From assembly GCF_001194135.2 (NCBI RefSeq), contig NC_068983.1, forward strand, positions 102,776,371-102,840,370: 64,000 nucleotides of DNA. The letters are read 5' to 3'. Below, piece after piece: positions 1-13,029 of this stretch. Positions within the stretch are counted from its first letter, which is position 1. Each line of letters opens with the position of its first letter. Source of the DNA: Octopus bimaculoides. Its lineage: Eukaryota. The position numbers and the translations under genes are program-made. The notes below the pieces were generated by a model. It was not told the DNA's origin. It did not search any database and saw only the letters and a list, made by a program, of their open reading frames with translations.

Positions 1-3000
1 TATTCAAACCCCAAAGAATCCCTCTCGATACATGGCTGTGATGCTCCCCCACTACTTCTGCTCATGATCAGAGATGCACATATTGTCAGCCACTAAGGGA
101 TGTGCTCAAGCGGTTAAGGTCAAGCAACTGACAAGCAAATCTGTAATACTGAGCAGAATATTTGCTAGAATGATATTTCTGCTTCAGCAACTCAGCACTG
201 AATCTGTCTGAAACTTAATGGAAAGCAGGTCAGTTTCAAAACATTGATGTCCAGGTCACAAAAGCAAAGTTTGAAAGGAATAGTAGCCATTTCCTACGAT
301 TTCTAGATAGAAGCAAATTGGAAATAACACTTACTGGCCAAAGACAAAAAAAAAATTAAGTTTGTTACACAGTGTTATTAATAAAATTATCACTAAATAA
401 AGAATTTTAAAAAACATGATAAATTACCACCATGAAGTAGAACTGACACTGACTTGAACAGTTCGTTTCAAAAACAAATGTCAACTGGCCCAGTTTTACT
501 CCTTTATCCAAGATAATAGCTTCATTTCCTCGGAAACCAGGTATTTCAAGGACTAGTAAGAGATAACTTCGTTCACCAGGCCCATATTTCGTATGAATGT
601 AACTCTTAGCAGGTATCCAACTAGAATTTGTAACACATTCAGTTTCTGCAAAAGAAGAATAACAATTAAGGAAAATAGATCACCTTCATTATACTTGTGC
701 TTATGACTGCATGTACGTATGTGCGTGTGTGTGTGTGTGTGTGCTTGCATGTGTGAGTGTGTTAGTGTTGGGTGTCTACAAATCTCTTTTGTCAAGAGGT
801 TTACAAGTTCAAAATGTATACATTTCTTATCTTTCATCAGTACTAAGACACAATCACTACACACATCAATAAAAAGGACTTGAACAACACCATTCCTTTT
901 CATAAATATGGATAACACACAGGTAAAACTCTTAAAGCTGCTACAAATTCTAAGCTTTACAGTATCTGATCAACTAATCATCTATATACTGTGTCTACCC
1001 ATACAGGCACTCCAATGCAGATGAAAACACCTTTTACAACTCATTAACTTACCACATCTTCTGCTAGCCTTACAGTATTTCCATGAACAAAAACTTCATT
1101 CATCTTTTACAATAAAATAACTGTACCCTAACTAACGACAAATGCAAAATCTCACAAACTCTGATGATATTTCATGGCTACATCACATATATAACATTGC
1201 CAAAATAATGTCCTAAAGATTAAACTTTCTCTTTAGGGTCAGAAAGTAGTTCAGCATTGATCAGTTGTGGAGTCTCAAAAGACCCGAGTAGAACCTATAT
1301 AAGAGTTATATCTATCATATCTAAGACAATGTTGTTGTTACACACACAAATATCCAAGACCACATCCAAAAGAAGGCAATCTGACTGATTGTCAAAAACC
1401 TACTAACGTTGTACAACCACTAGCTCAGAAAGACACCATTTTTTACTTTTTATTCTTTCTTCTCCTTCACAATTGTTTCTGCTCCTCTGATCTAGTTAAT
1501 TGCATACCATTTCTACCTCCAACCCATTCCATCTAACTCCCCTCTGTATATTCTTCTTATCACCCATGCTATGTTTCACTCACCTTCCCATATACTACAC
1601 TGAATTCAACACAATCCTTGCTCTTCAAAACTATTGCACTCCTGAACTCCTTCTCTGTCAACATTTTCACAAGTACTATTCCAAAAGGTTCAAATTAAAC
1701 AACAAGCGTTAGCAACCATAGCAGACAGTAGGGGCCTTCAAAACTCATGAGGACAAAATAAAAACACAGAAAAAAGAAATGAATCCTTATGTGCCAATGC
1801 TAGTGTCACATAAAAGCGTTTGTGCCAGTGTCACCTAAAAGCACTTGTGCTGGTGCCATGTAGAAAACGTCCATGCCAGTGCCACATAAAAGCACCTATG
1901 CCAGTACCACGTTAACAGTACCCAGTACACTCTATAAAGTGGTTTGCATTAGTAAGGGCATCAAGCCATAGAAGCCATGCCAAGACAAACAAAATAGAGC
2001 CCAGGCAGCTTTCTAGTTGGCCAACTCCAGTTAAACCATTCAACACATCAGCATGGAGAATGGACGTTAAATAATGATGATGATGATGATGACTGTCAAA
2101 TGTAATGCTTATTTATTCACGTTGTTTTGAATTAATCATGCATTATCATATAGCTTCAAAATTTTGTTGATGTGATTGTTTATTTTTAGACTAACACTAC
2201 AGGATAGGTATGAGAGTCTAGATTTGGCTGGTGTGAACATAAAACAGTTAAAATTTTTGGACTTGATATGGCTGGTTTAAATATTAAATGGTTAAACAGA
2301 TGGTGAATTCTAGTAGGGAAATGTTTTTGACATGGTGCCATATACTAAACAGAACAGAAACTGCTTAACCAAACTTGCCTGAGGCATAGTCTATGTGACC
2401 AAGTTCACCCCAGCAATTACAATTTCAAATCTCATTTCAATTTGAACTGAAGCCATTCTGTCATTTCAACTCATCTTGCAATATTGAACTTCTGTTGGGG
2501 CATCCACAACAACATGATGAAGATGCTGGTGGTGGTGGTGGTGGCGGTGAACTTGTTTCTTTATGCATCTACATAGATATTCACCTTCATGCATACACAT
2601 TTGAGTCTATTTACATGTAAGAATGGAAAATTTCCTACCTAATCATCCCACAAAAAAAAATGTCATTTTAAATATTTAATCTTGTTTAACAAAACTCACC
2701 CTAAAACATTTCCTTAATCTCTATACTATAAACTAATAGCATGAGATACTATTAGCATTTTTGCTGACTCATGAGTTCTTAGATAGGTTTTAGAGAACTG
2801 TGTTTACTTGATTGCTAAACCCCCTTTTTTTTTCAAACCTCCACTCCATTCATGCAATCTTTCACCCACCTACTTCCCAAATCCCATACAAAACACTTAT
2901 ATTTTTTAATCATATTGTTTGTGAACAAACAGTGTTGTTGATTACAGATTTCCAACAGGCTAATAACAGTTTTGTTACATTTATGATGGCAAAATAGCAA

Positions 3001-3858
3001 AGAGAGTCAATGCAAATTAAGCAGAAGAAACAGTATACAGTTTTTTTTTTGCTCAAAGTAGGATATAAGTTTGTTCACCAATGTTTGTTTTATATATTCA
3101 TATATTACAGCGATATCAATATTAATATTTATATATTACAGTAATATGTATTAGTAAAACATGCATGCACTTGCACACAGATAGACAGATAGTGATAGAT
3201 ATATATGATGGGCCTCCATACAATTTCTCCCTAACAAATTCCATTCTTATAGTACTGATTAACCTGCAGTAATGGTAAAAAAATATTTGATTATTGTATT
3301 CCATGGTGGGATCAAATTCAGAACCACATGGTTATCAAGTGAACTTCTTAATCACAGTCATACATTTGAGCTTTGCACTATTATTCCTCTCCAGAACTAA
3401 AATAACACTATCTGATTTTAAATTATTTTCAACTGGGAAGCAAAACCAGGTCAGACTCTTTTCATGGGAAACTTTCTTTTATTCTAACATGAAAAAAGGA
3501 AAAAATTTTTCCAAGAGTTGAATGAATTAGTTCTAATATATGGCAGATGCATATTTTATTGTAGGAATAAAATGCAAAGTCTACCTCAGCAGAGTTTGAA
3601 GCCAAATTGTAGAAGAATGAAACTAACTAATTTAAGAAATTTAATCTGGCACTCTACCATTCTCTGAACTCAACTCCCTTCATAAAAATCGGTGTCAAAG
3701 AATTCTTGAGCATTTTCGTGTATAACAAGACTTTGCAGTATTGTTAACAATTAGTATCTGATTAAGAATTTTTCTACTTCACATTAAGGCTCCTTAAACC
3801 TGAAGTATTGAGCATCAGCAATACAATAGAATCTTGAACAATCTTGTACCTAGAATTA

Positions 3859-4528
3859 CATCATCATCATCATTTAATGTTCATTGTCCATGCTGGCATG
3901 AGTTGGACGGTTTGACCATGGCTGATAAGCTGAATGGCTGCACCAGATTCCAGTCTGCTTTGACATGGTTTCTACAGCTGGATGTCCTTCCTAATGCCAA
4001 CCATTCAGAGTATAATGGGTACTTTTGCGTGCCACTAACATGGATGCAAGTTGCATGACACCAGTATCTGCCACAACTACAATTTCATTTGGCTTGATGG
4101 ATCTTCTTCTCAAGCACAGCATATTGCCAAAAGTCTCGGTCATTTGTCATCACCTCCATGAAGCCCAATGCTCAAAAGGTGTCTTTTACATGCCAGTGGC
4201 ATGGGTGCTAGTTATGCAACACTGGCATTGCCCAAATTGCCTCTGTGAGGCCCAATGCTTGAAAGTTGCTTTTTATGTGCCACCTGCATAAGTGACAGCT
4301 TTGTAACACCAACAATGATTTCACTTGGCTTGCTGAGTTTTCTCAAGAACAGCATATTACTAAAGGTCACTAGTCATTGCCACTGTGAGGTCTAACGTTT
4401 GAAGATCATGCTTCACCACCTCATCCCATGTCTTCCAGGGTCTCCCTTTTCCACAGCTTCCCTCCACTATTAGAGATCAGCACTTCTTCACACAGCTGTC
4501 CACATCCATGCGCATTACATGACCATAT
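3859..4528 (-). mobile_element. 5'-truncated RTE LINE 3' end
   Basis: Reverse complement matches the 33470-33942 region; (CAT)n tail at 3859. Confidence 0.8.
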
Positions 4529-4984
4529 TAAGTAAAATCATTTCTAAGACACTATTTGGCCTTTTCTTTTTGCTCTCTCTCTCTCTTTCTCTTTACAAAT
4601 TAGTGCTTTGGCCTTGATCAAAAGCACTAGAAACATTTCTGTGCTTTCAGTTTCACATTATAAATTCAGGCTATGCCTTACTCAAAATACCATCTTCACT
4701 GTGATTTCCTCTTCTATTTTCAGTAAGCCAGAAATTACCATTCCCTATTGCATCCCCTAAACTGTATATGTAACAGGAAGAAAAGAAGACAAAATACATG
4801 GGTATTATTAATATTAACTGGGACAAACAGCTGTGCACATTTGAATTTGGTGAATGGCAAGCTTTGGGTTGCTTCCAAGATATTTTAGCTCTTGGTGTTG
4901 TTGTTTTCTAGTGCTAATTGTTTTAAGCTGTTCAAGGTTCTTTGGGGTTTTTTTTTTCAGTTCATAAATAAATGAAAAGCTTAC

Positions 4985-5270
4985 CTTCTAAATTAAGACA
5001 GTGAGAGGTTATGTTTGGGGGCATGGTATACCACCATTTATATGTGTAACCCATTTGTGGGGAAGTAGAAACTGGACACTTTTGACAAGGTGATGCTCCA
5101 TCTGAATATTCATCACTTGCACAGAATTTGCAACCAGAACCAGGAACACTCATCATTCCAGGGTTACATTGAGGACACTTCTCAACCTTACTTGGGGGAG
5201 GTAGTTGTGTTGCATTGGGTAAATCTGTACGGCAACGCATTGGCACCATCCAGCTGTATTTTGTTTGTGT
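4985..5270 (-). CDS. ELAPOR (KIAA1324-like): ELAPOR-like internal exon 8 of 8 (TQTKYSWMVPMRCRTDLPNATQLPPPSKVEKCPQCNPGMM...GYTYKWWYTMPPNITSHCLNLE + 1 nt)
   Basis: Acceptor attttag|ACA; donor G|gtaagc; 286 nt, phase 0 to 1. Contains CPxCNPG and GxxYKWWxxxP motifs. Confidence 0.95.
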
Positions 5271-5772
5271 CTAAAATAAATTGAAAGTAATTCATAGAAT
5301 CAACATACTGTTATGACAAAACAACTTCAGAAAGAAATTGCAGACAATTTTTGGCTAAAGATACATGAAATTGCTGTGTATATCTAATATCAAACTGGTA
5401 CTTAAAATGCTGCATAATATCTTATATTGTATACAGATATATTCATTACTAAAATCAAAAGTAATGTTTATAAAATATTTTGCTTTTGCTATGTTAAGAT
5501 TATACAATATTTTTGAAGAATATTTTATTTTACCATTTCTTAAATTTTGAATGAGATTAATACCAAATCTATATCATTACAACTTTACATACACGTTTTA
5601 TGAATATTAGGGATTATAATATTGATCATTTAAGATTAGATATAGCATCAAGGAATTTACCTACCACTCTTTATATTTGTTAAAACATAATTAGCAAAAA
5701 TAAATAAATCAATAAATAAGATGAATTCAGGTCTTTTTACTATTGACTGAATATTACGTTAGGCAACTGGAG

Positions 5773-6092
5773 TATCGTTCGTTCATCGTTTAACGCCCGC
5801 CTTCCGTGCTAGCATGGGTTGGACAATTTGACTGAGGACTGGTGAAACCAGATGGCTACACCAAGATCCAATCTGATTTGGCAGAGTTTCTACGCCAACC
5901 ACTCAGAGAGTGTAATGGGTGCTTTTACGTGTCACCCGCACGAAGGCCAGTCAGGCGGTACTGGCAACGGCCACGCTCAAAACGGTGTATTTTATGTGCC
6001 ACCCGCACAAGAGCTAGTCCAGGGGCACTGGCAACGATCTCGCTCGAAAATCCTACGACGGCCAGTCAGTCGGTACTGGCAACGGCCACGTC
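5773..6092 (-). mobile_element. RTE 3'-UTR-only copy (subfamily also at 14383-14680 and 48258-48575)
   Basis: All three share CGTTTAACG.CCGC.TTCC.TGCTAGCATGGGTTGGAC and the GCCAGTC...GGTACTGGCAACGGCCACGCTC repeat block. Confidence 0.75.
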
Positions 6093-6397
6093 ATTACTTT
6101 CCCTGTAAAAGCAACTCAAACAACCAAAAAGTAGCATTTTATCAACTAATAAATTTTTCTTTAAACTATTTTAGTTTTTAACAGCTTCTTAAAATTAAAA
6201 TTAAAATAAAACAAACTTGAAACTATTGCACAGCTCTTGTCTCATGTCTAATTACATTTCATTAAAACTCAAGTTATAACACTGGAAAAGTAGATATCAA
6301 GTTACATATAGAAGATAACTGAAGAGAAAAAAAAAAACAGTGCTTATCTATTTTTGAAATTAAATTTATTTCAAACAAGTCATCAGATTTATCTTAC

Positions 6398-6486
6398 CAA
6401 GCCTTCTTTATTACAAGGCGTTTGATATTCATAATAATCCATTTCACGACAATGTTGTTTTTTCCTACAGCTCCCAGACTCACGAG
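6398..6486 (-). CDS. ELAPOR (KIAA1324-like): ELAPOR-like internal exon 7 of 8 ((P)RESGSCRKKQHCREMDYYEYQTPCNKEGL)
   Basis: Acceptor tttacag|CT; donor TTG|gtaaga; 89 nt, phase 1 to 0. Resembles [22 protein letters not shown]. Confidence 0.9.
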
Positions 6487-7019
6487 CTGTAAAATATAAA
6501 TATGCAATTACCTAGATTTTAAATTATTAATATGGGAACGACTTTTAATATTATTGGCACAGGTATGTCATCATTATTACAATCACAGAGAAGCATTTAG
6601 CTTTGGCTTAAATACACATTAATCTTGATCTCTCAAAAAAATGTCACATCAAAGCATCTATATCTATCCTTTCAATAGGTCCTTCTATATGTAGGTATAT
6701 CTATGTATCTTTATATAGATATATAAGCATACAAATATAAAATATAAATATATCTACACACAACACACATTTATCTACTTTGCTTTGTGCCCTCAGCTCC
6801 TGAACAGAATCACAGGGGTATTGTGACATATGACATGACTTTGGCATTTTTAGACCAGGAAGCTCAAGTTTCAACAGGTCTGATGATAACTGACCTCTTC
6901 CAGAAGAGAGAAGGAAAGAGTGAGAAAAAGAGAAGAATTAACCAAGGGCAGGACTTGCATTTCATTTATTGACCCAAAAAGGAGTAAAACTGACCTCAGT
7001 AGAATTCTTAATTATTTAA

Positions 7020-7458
7020 AACAGCTGCATAAAGAAGTGCCAGTCTCTAACTGTAGAGGGAACCTGTGGAAGAGGTAGACCCAGGAAGACATGCGATGTG
7101 GTGGTGAAGCATGATCTTCAAACGTTGGGCCTCACAGAGGCAATGACAAGTGACTGAGACCTTTGGCAATATGTTGTACTTGAGGAAACTCATCAAGCCA
7201 AGTGAAACTGTAGTCATGGCCGATGCCAGTGTCATGCAACTGATGTTGGGGGCTATTAAAAGCACTCATGCCAGTGGCATATAAAAAGCACCCATTACAC
7301 TCTTGGATTGGTTGTCATTAGGAAGGGCATCTAGCCATAGAAACCAGGCCAAATCAGACTGGAACCAGGTACAACTCTCCAGTTTACCAGTTCCAATCAA
7401 ATTGTCTAACCCATGCCAGCATGGAAAGCAGATGCTAAATGATGATGATGATAATGAT
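7020..7458 (+). mobile_element. 5'-truncated RTE LINE 3' end
   Basis: GAGGGAACCTGTGGAAGAGGTAGACCCAGGAAGACA (EGTCGRGRPRKT), shared UTR, (GAT)n tail. Confidence 0.8.
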
Positions 7459-7945
7459 TTCCACCTCTAGAGGATGTATCATAATTACCAAAAGGCAATT
7501 AAGACTATCTCCACTTGAGAAGGGGAGATAATCTCAAGAAGCATTCTCCAAAATAGACATGCTGTGTGTGTGTGTCTGCATGTAACATGACAGTCGTGGA
7601 CATGTGTTTCTGGCTCTATAGTTGTCATTAGCATGACAATCGTCTGACCTCTCTCCAATAGCCAAAGGAAGACTTAAAAAAAAAGAAGAAATAGAAAACA
7701 TTTATGGCTCAAGTAATTTGCATATATTATACACAACACACACACACACTTATATAGAGATATATACATACCCACAAACATACATATGCATATACATGTA
7801 TGTATATACACATCTAAGTATTTACTTAACACATATATGCCTGCATGCACACAGACACACACACACATATTTTTAACTTCCTCTAACACACATAACAGAC
7901 AGGTAGCTATAATAAAATCCTCATTGCTGGCTAATGAAAACTTAC

Positions 7946-8098
7946 GTGAATATTCTGATACTTTGTCACATGACGTGCATTCAGTGGCTCCTCGCTCGGA
8001 ATAGGTGTCCTCTGGGCACGGGTTACAGAACGATAATCCAATCTGATCACTATAGGTGCCATTACGGCATTTGGTACATTCAGAAGAAAATGCTACCC
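7946..8098 (-). CDS. ELAPOR (KIAA1324-like): ELAPOR-like internal exon 6 of 8 ((G)VAFSSECTKCRNGTYSDQIGLSFCNPCPEDTYSERGATECTSCDKVSEYS)
   Basis: Acceptor attag|GG; donor C|gtaagt; 153 nt, phase 1 to 1. TNFR/ephrin-receptor-like Cys repeats. Confidence 0.95.
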
Positions 8099-8247
8099 CT
8101 AATAATGAAAACAATTATTTGCTGATATTATTATTACTATTATAATTAAAATTGATTTGTTCCATTATAAACTGACAATTTATATAAAAATGTACAGAAA
8201 TAATGTATCTGTGTAGCATCAGGTTTACTGATAGAGAGAGAGAGGGG

Positions 8248-8279
<32 letters not shown>

Positions 8280-8639
8280 TGTGGAATATTAACACTACTT
8301 TCTACTGTAGGCACAAGGCCTGAAATTTTGGGGGAGGGGGTGTCAATCACATCAACTCCAATACTTGACTGGTACTTAATTTATTGACCCTGAAAGTATG
8401 AAAAGCAAAGGTTGACTTCAGTGGAATTTGAACTCAGAACGTAAAGGCAGACGAAATGTTGCTAAGCATTTTGCCCGGTGTTCTAATGATTCTGCAACCT
8501 CACTGCCTTCATTCATTCAGTCATTCATGCATGCATGCATACATGCATGCATACATACATACACACATATATAAATAAATAAATGGAGTTAACCACTGGG
8601 CCATTGCGCCTCCACACACACACACATATATATATATGC

Positions 8640-8993
8640 ATACATACATGATGGTGCTCTGGAAGACACTTGTTCTAAGCCACTTTGACTATTGCTCTCA
8701 GCTATGGTCACCAACCAGTGTCAAATTAATCTCAGAACTTGAGGCAATCCAACGAAGCTACACGAAGAAGATAGCCTCTATGCAGCATATAAGCTATTGG
8801 GAAAGACTCAAGAGATTAAGACTCTATTCCTTAGAGCGTAGGCGAGAAAGATATGCCATAATATACATCTGGAAGATCCTCGAAGGAATTGTCCCAAACT
8901 TTGGCATCAAAAGTTACACAAATAAAAGAACTGGACGCCATTGCATAGTGCCAAGAACTCCAAATTTGCCATCAAGATGTAGGACAAGATACT
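8640..8993 (+). mobile_element. CR1/L2-group LINE fragment, C-terminal part of reverse transcriptase, running into an assembly gap
   Basis: Open frame LWKTLVLSHFDYCSQLWSP...LEAIQRSYTKKI...YWERLKRLRLYSLERRRERY, the typical CR1/L2 ORF2 C-terminal signature. No stops over ~117 codons. Confidence 0.85.
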
Positions 8994-10214
8994 NNNNNNN
9001 NNNNNNNNNNNNNNNNNNNNNNNNNNNNNNNNNNNNNNNNNNNNNNNNNNNNNNNNNNNNNNNNNNNNNNNNNNNNNNNNNNNNNNNNNNNNNNNNNNNN
9101 NNNNNNNNNNNNNNNNNNNNNNNNNNNNNNNNNNNNNNNNNNNNNNNNNNNNNNNNNNNNNNNNNNNNNNNNNNNNNNNNNNNNNNNNNNNNNNNNNNNN
9201 NNNNNNNNNNNNNNNNNNNNNNNNNNNNNNNNNNNNNNNNNNNNNNNNNNNNNNNNNNNNNNNNNNNNNNNNNNNNNNNNNNNNNNNNNNNNNNNNNNNN
9301 NNNNNNNNNNNNNNNNNNNNNNNNNNNNNNNNNNNNNNNNNNNNNNNNNNNNNNNNNNNNNNNNNNNNNNNNNNNNNNNNNNNNNNNNNNNNNNNNNNNN
9401 NNNNNNNNNNNNNNNNNNNNNNNNNNNNNNNNNNNNNNNNNNNNNNNNNNNNNNNNNNNNNNNNNNNNNNNNNNNNNNNNNNNNNNNNNNNNNNNNNNNN
9501 NNNNNNNNNNNNNNNNNNNNNNNNNNNNNNNNNNNNNNNNNNNNNNNNNNNNNNNNNNNNNNNNNNNNNNNNNNNNNNNNNNNNNNNNNNNNNNNNNNNN
9601 NNNNNNNNNNNNNNNNNNNNNNNNNNNNNNNNNNNNNNNNNNNNNNNNNNNNNNNNNNNNNNNNNNNNNNNNNNNNNNNNNNNNNNNNNNNNNNNNNNNN
9701 NNNNNNNNNNNNNNNNNNNNNNNNNNNNNNNNNNNNNNNNNNNNNNNNNNNNNNNNNNNNNNNNNNNNNNNNNNNNNNNNNNNNNNNNNNNNNNNNNNNN
9801 NNNNNNNNNNNNNNNNNNNNNNNNNNNNNNNNNNNNNNNNNNNNNNNNNNNNNNNNNNNNNNNNNNNNNNNNNNNNNNNNNNNNNTATATATATATATGC
9901 ATACATACATATATATATATATGCATACATACATATATATGCATACATACATATATATATATGCATACATACATATATATATGCATACATACATATATAT
10001 ATGCATACATACATATATATGCATACATACATACATATATATATGCATACATACATATATACACACATTCTCATCTTTATATATATAGATAGATAGACAC
10101 AAATTATGGGGGCTTAGTTTACAAGTGATCTAAACGATTAGAGTGCTATAACAGATTACTAGGGCTCCAAGGTTATAGCTGAGACAGTAGTTATGGAGCC
10201 ATTGCAGATTTCCG

Positions 10215-10254
<40 letters not shown>

Positions 10255-10410
10255 ATATAAAATAGGTTGTATTCTGCATACTGGCCTATCCTTTGGTTTT
10301 ATGTCCCACATTTGTACTACAATGCATATAAGAGTAGAATGTGGGACTTACTACTGAACTTGAACTTTGGATACAAGTCATACTTCACAGTACATGTAAG
10401 GGTTTAAGGC

Positions 10411-10655
10411 CAGTGGATCTCAACTGGGGTCTATATGGCTCATGTGGGTCCATATAATAGTTTTCTATCAAAAGCAATAAATTGCTTATACTTTTACAAT
10501 ACACAAAGTATTTTAACAATTTATTCATACAATTTTTTAATATTAAAATATAAAAATATAATAGAATCTTTTAAACATCAAATGGCTATGAGGGTGCACC
10601 TGAGTAAAATAGGAACTAAATAGGTCCATAGGGAGAAAATGGTTGAAAACCACTG
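10411..10655. mobile_element. hAT (Charlie-like) MITE
   Basis: CAGTGGATCTCAAC ... GTTGAAAACCACTG 14-bp TIRs (2 mismatches); the 8-bp TSD is only partly preserved. Confidence 0.6.
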
Positions 10656-11266
10656 GTTTAGCCTTTAATGACAGGTGGAAGGTAAAAAGAAAGATATACT
10701 CAGACCAAACACCTAGCTCTTGAATGCTTGCAACAGAGCAGACTTCACTAAAGGAAATGCTAAGACCAGGAGGATCAAGTGATGAGTAAACTATTTAACA
10801 TGTGGTCTGACATGAGGGATGAAGGTGAGGGATATATCAAGTGCAATGGTTCTCAAACAGACAAGTATCAGGCCTAGGGCCTACTAAAATATCAGTAAAA
10901 TATTTTGGTAACCAATGTAACCAATCAATCTTTTTTTTCTGTTTTTTAATCAGATGACAAAACAGATTTTGCAATTTATGATTTTTCTTTCTTTCTTGCT
11001 TGAGGATAAAAAAAAAAAAATTGGAAATCACCTTAACTTTATTAAACAACAATTTTTCTACCATTTTAATCATCAGAGGCCTCCCTACTTATGAGGAATA
11101 CTGATCAACAGGATTTAAGAAAACGAAACCTACTATAAATGAGAATTAACTTTACTCTAATGTCAACTTGCTACCAGATATCAGAAACTGGGGGTTCAAT
11201 AAGTGATGAAATATGACCTTACAGTACATACAATTGGTTTAAATACATGAATGAAAATGTGTTCAC

Positions 11267-11381
11267 CTTCCACTTGAATCTTCCTTATTAGAACTGGTCT
11301 CATTACAGTTTCGTCATTCTCATTTGATGGCAAACTAAAAGCTTTCCAAAAGAGGACATTCATGCCAGATTCCAAATGTAA
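11267..11381 (-). CDS. ELAPOR (KIAA1324-like): ELAPOR-like internal exon 5 of 8 (LHLESGMNVLFWKAFSLPSNENDETVMRPVLIRKIQVE + 1 nt)
   Basis: Acceptor cttttag|TTA; donor G|gtgaac; 115 nt, phase 0 to 1. Resembles VELNRGNNVLYWRT...PVLVRNIAI. Confidence 0.9.
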
Positions 11382-11464
11382 CTAAAAGACAAAAACAATA
11401 AAAAAAAACTTTTACCATTTCAGCTGGAGTTATATTTAAAAAAATAATGTTTGTACATCTGTGT

Positions 11465-11683
11465 TATTTCTTTACTACCCACAAGGGGCTACACACAGAG
11501 GGGACAAACAAGGACAGACAAACGGATTAAGTCGATTATATTGACCCCAATGCGTAACTGGTACTTATTTAATCGACCCCGAAAGGATGAAAGGCAAAGT
11601 TGACCTTGGCAGAATTTGAACTCAGACGAAATACCGCTAAGCATTTCGCCCGGTGTGCTAACGTTTCTGCCAGCTCGCCGCCT
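11465..11683 (-). mobile_element. tRNA-derived SINE, family C, 14-bp TSD
   Basis: Head AGGCGGCGAGCTGGCAGAAACGTTAGC...GAGTTCAAATTC; TSD TTGTACATCTGTGT at 11451-11464 and 11684-11697. Decayed relatives near 8300-8510, 37970-38185 and 58300-58620. Confidence 0.82.
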
Positions 11684-11767
11684 TTGTACATCTGTGTGTG
11701 TGTGCGCACACACGCATGTGTGTATGTATAAATGCATGTGCATACATACACGCATACACACACACAC

Positions 11768-11802
<35 letters not shown>

Positions 11803-12613
11803 TATGTATGTATCATCATCATTTTATATCCACTTTCAATGTTGGCATGAGCTGGATGGTTTGACAAGAATCATCAGAAGACCATGTCATGCCCCAATAT
11901 CTCTGTTTTATGATTTCTGCAGGTGGATTCTCTTCCTAATGCCAACCATTTTACAGAATATACTCAGTACTTTTTCATGGCATCAGCACCAGTGAAATGG
12001 CCTTGCAATCTGCAGGACTAAAGAACCTAAGAGGCTCCCTACAACAGAGGGAAGAATCTGATGATTCTAAGCAAGATGACAAGAGAGATGAGAGTCTGAT
12101 GAGAAGAATGAATTTATAGTTACGAGAGTGTGGTTGTGGAGAGAATAACAGTGTAGATGCTGTAGAATAAGAGAGAATGTAAGAAATAAGATAAAGGGAT
12201 TAATATCAAGTTATAGTGAGAGAGGTTAGGTTACCTTCTCGAGTCATGCTGACTCATAAGAGCTGGTTTCCTGGTTTCCAGGACATAAATTCCCCACCTG
12301 GACAGGACGCCAGTCCATCACAGAATTACTCATGTTTGCCAGCTGAGTGGACTGGAGCAATGTGAAATGAAGTGTTTTACTCAAGAACACAACATATCAC
12401 CCGGTCCAGAAATCAAAACCACAATAGATAAGATCTAGCAACAGGAAAGGCATCCAGCTTAAAACCATACCTCAGTAATATGTATTCTTGAGGCTTTATT
12501 CTACAACCAGATGTTCTTTCTGTTGCCAACCTTTACTGTACAAATGTGAGAGTACATATGTGAGAGTACATATGTGAGAGTAGACACACATACACACACA
12601 TATATATATATAT

Positions 12614-12912
12614 ATAAATTAAAAACGTAAAAATAAAAACAGAACACAAAGGATTCCGCGGTACACGTGTTTCAAGCTTTATAGTCGTTGCATCATTATA
12701 TTGGTATATAATTGATAGACAGGATGGTATAAAGATATCTTCAGCCGCAAATATATAATACTTGGGAAAGAATATATTTGCAGCTGAAGATAGCTTTATA
12801 CCATCCTGTCTATCAATTATATACCAATAATGATGCAACGACTATAAAGCTTGAAACACGTGTACCGCGGAATCCTTTGTGTTCTGTTTTTATTTTTACG
12901 TTTTTAATTTAT
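12614..12912. repeat. 299-bp fold-back palindrome (arms 143/141 bp, 15-nt loop)
   Basis: 12614-12756 vs 12772-12912: 2 substitutions and one 2-bp indel; loop AATACTTGGGAAAGA. Confidence 0.95.
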
Positions 12913-12986
12913 TCTTTCACCCCGGCCACGATCTGGCATACACAGGTGCTTACAATTATCAAGTATTACCTCTAACATTTACTTTA

Positions 12987-13029
<43 letters not shown>

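Noticed and set aside
553-918. 121-aa minus-strand ORF as a candidate next ELAPOR exon
   Set aside because: Includes a (CA)n translation, lacks the expected GW.V.GD.I motif, and has no phase-1 acceptor giving a family-like peptide. I found no such exon in 1-4984.
5945-6092. Repeat-spacer-like pattern (GCCAGTC...GGTACTGGCAACGGCCACG) superficially resembling a CRISPR array
   Set aside because: Eukaryotic context, only 2-3 degenerate units, no cas genes, and the block is part of the dispersed RTE 3' UTR.
8907-10102. Several 370-490 aa ORFs (also at 32194-32952, 34145-34814, 48758-49231, 51282-51800, 62702-63019)
   Set aside because: They run through N-gaps and (TA)n/(TACA)n microsatellites. 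Only the LINE-derived parts at 8640-8993 and 50731-51310 are real coding remnants.
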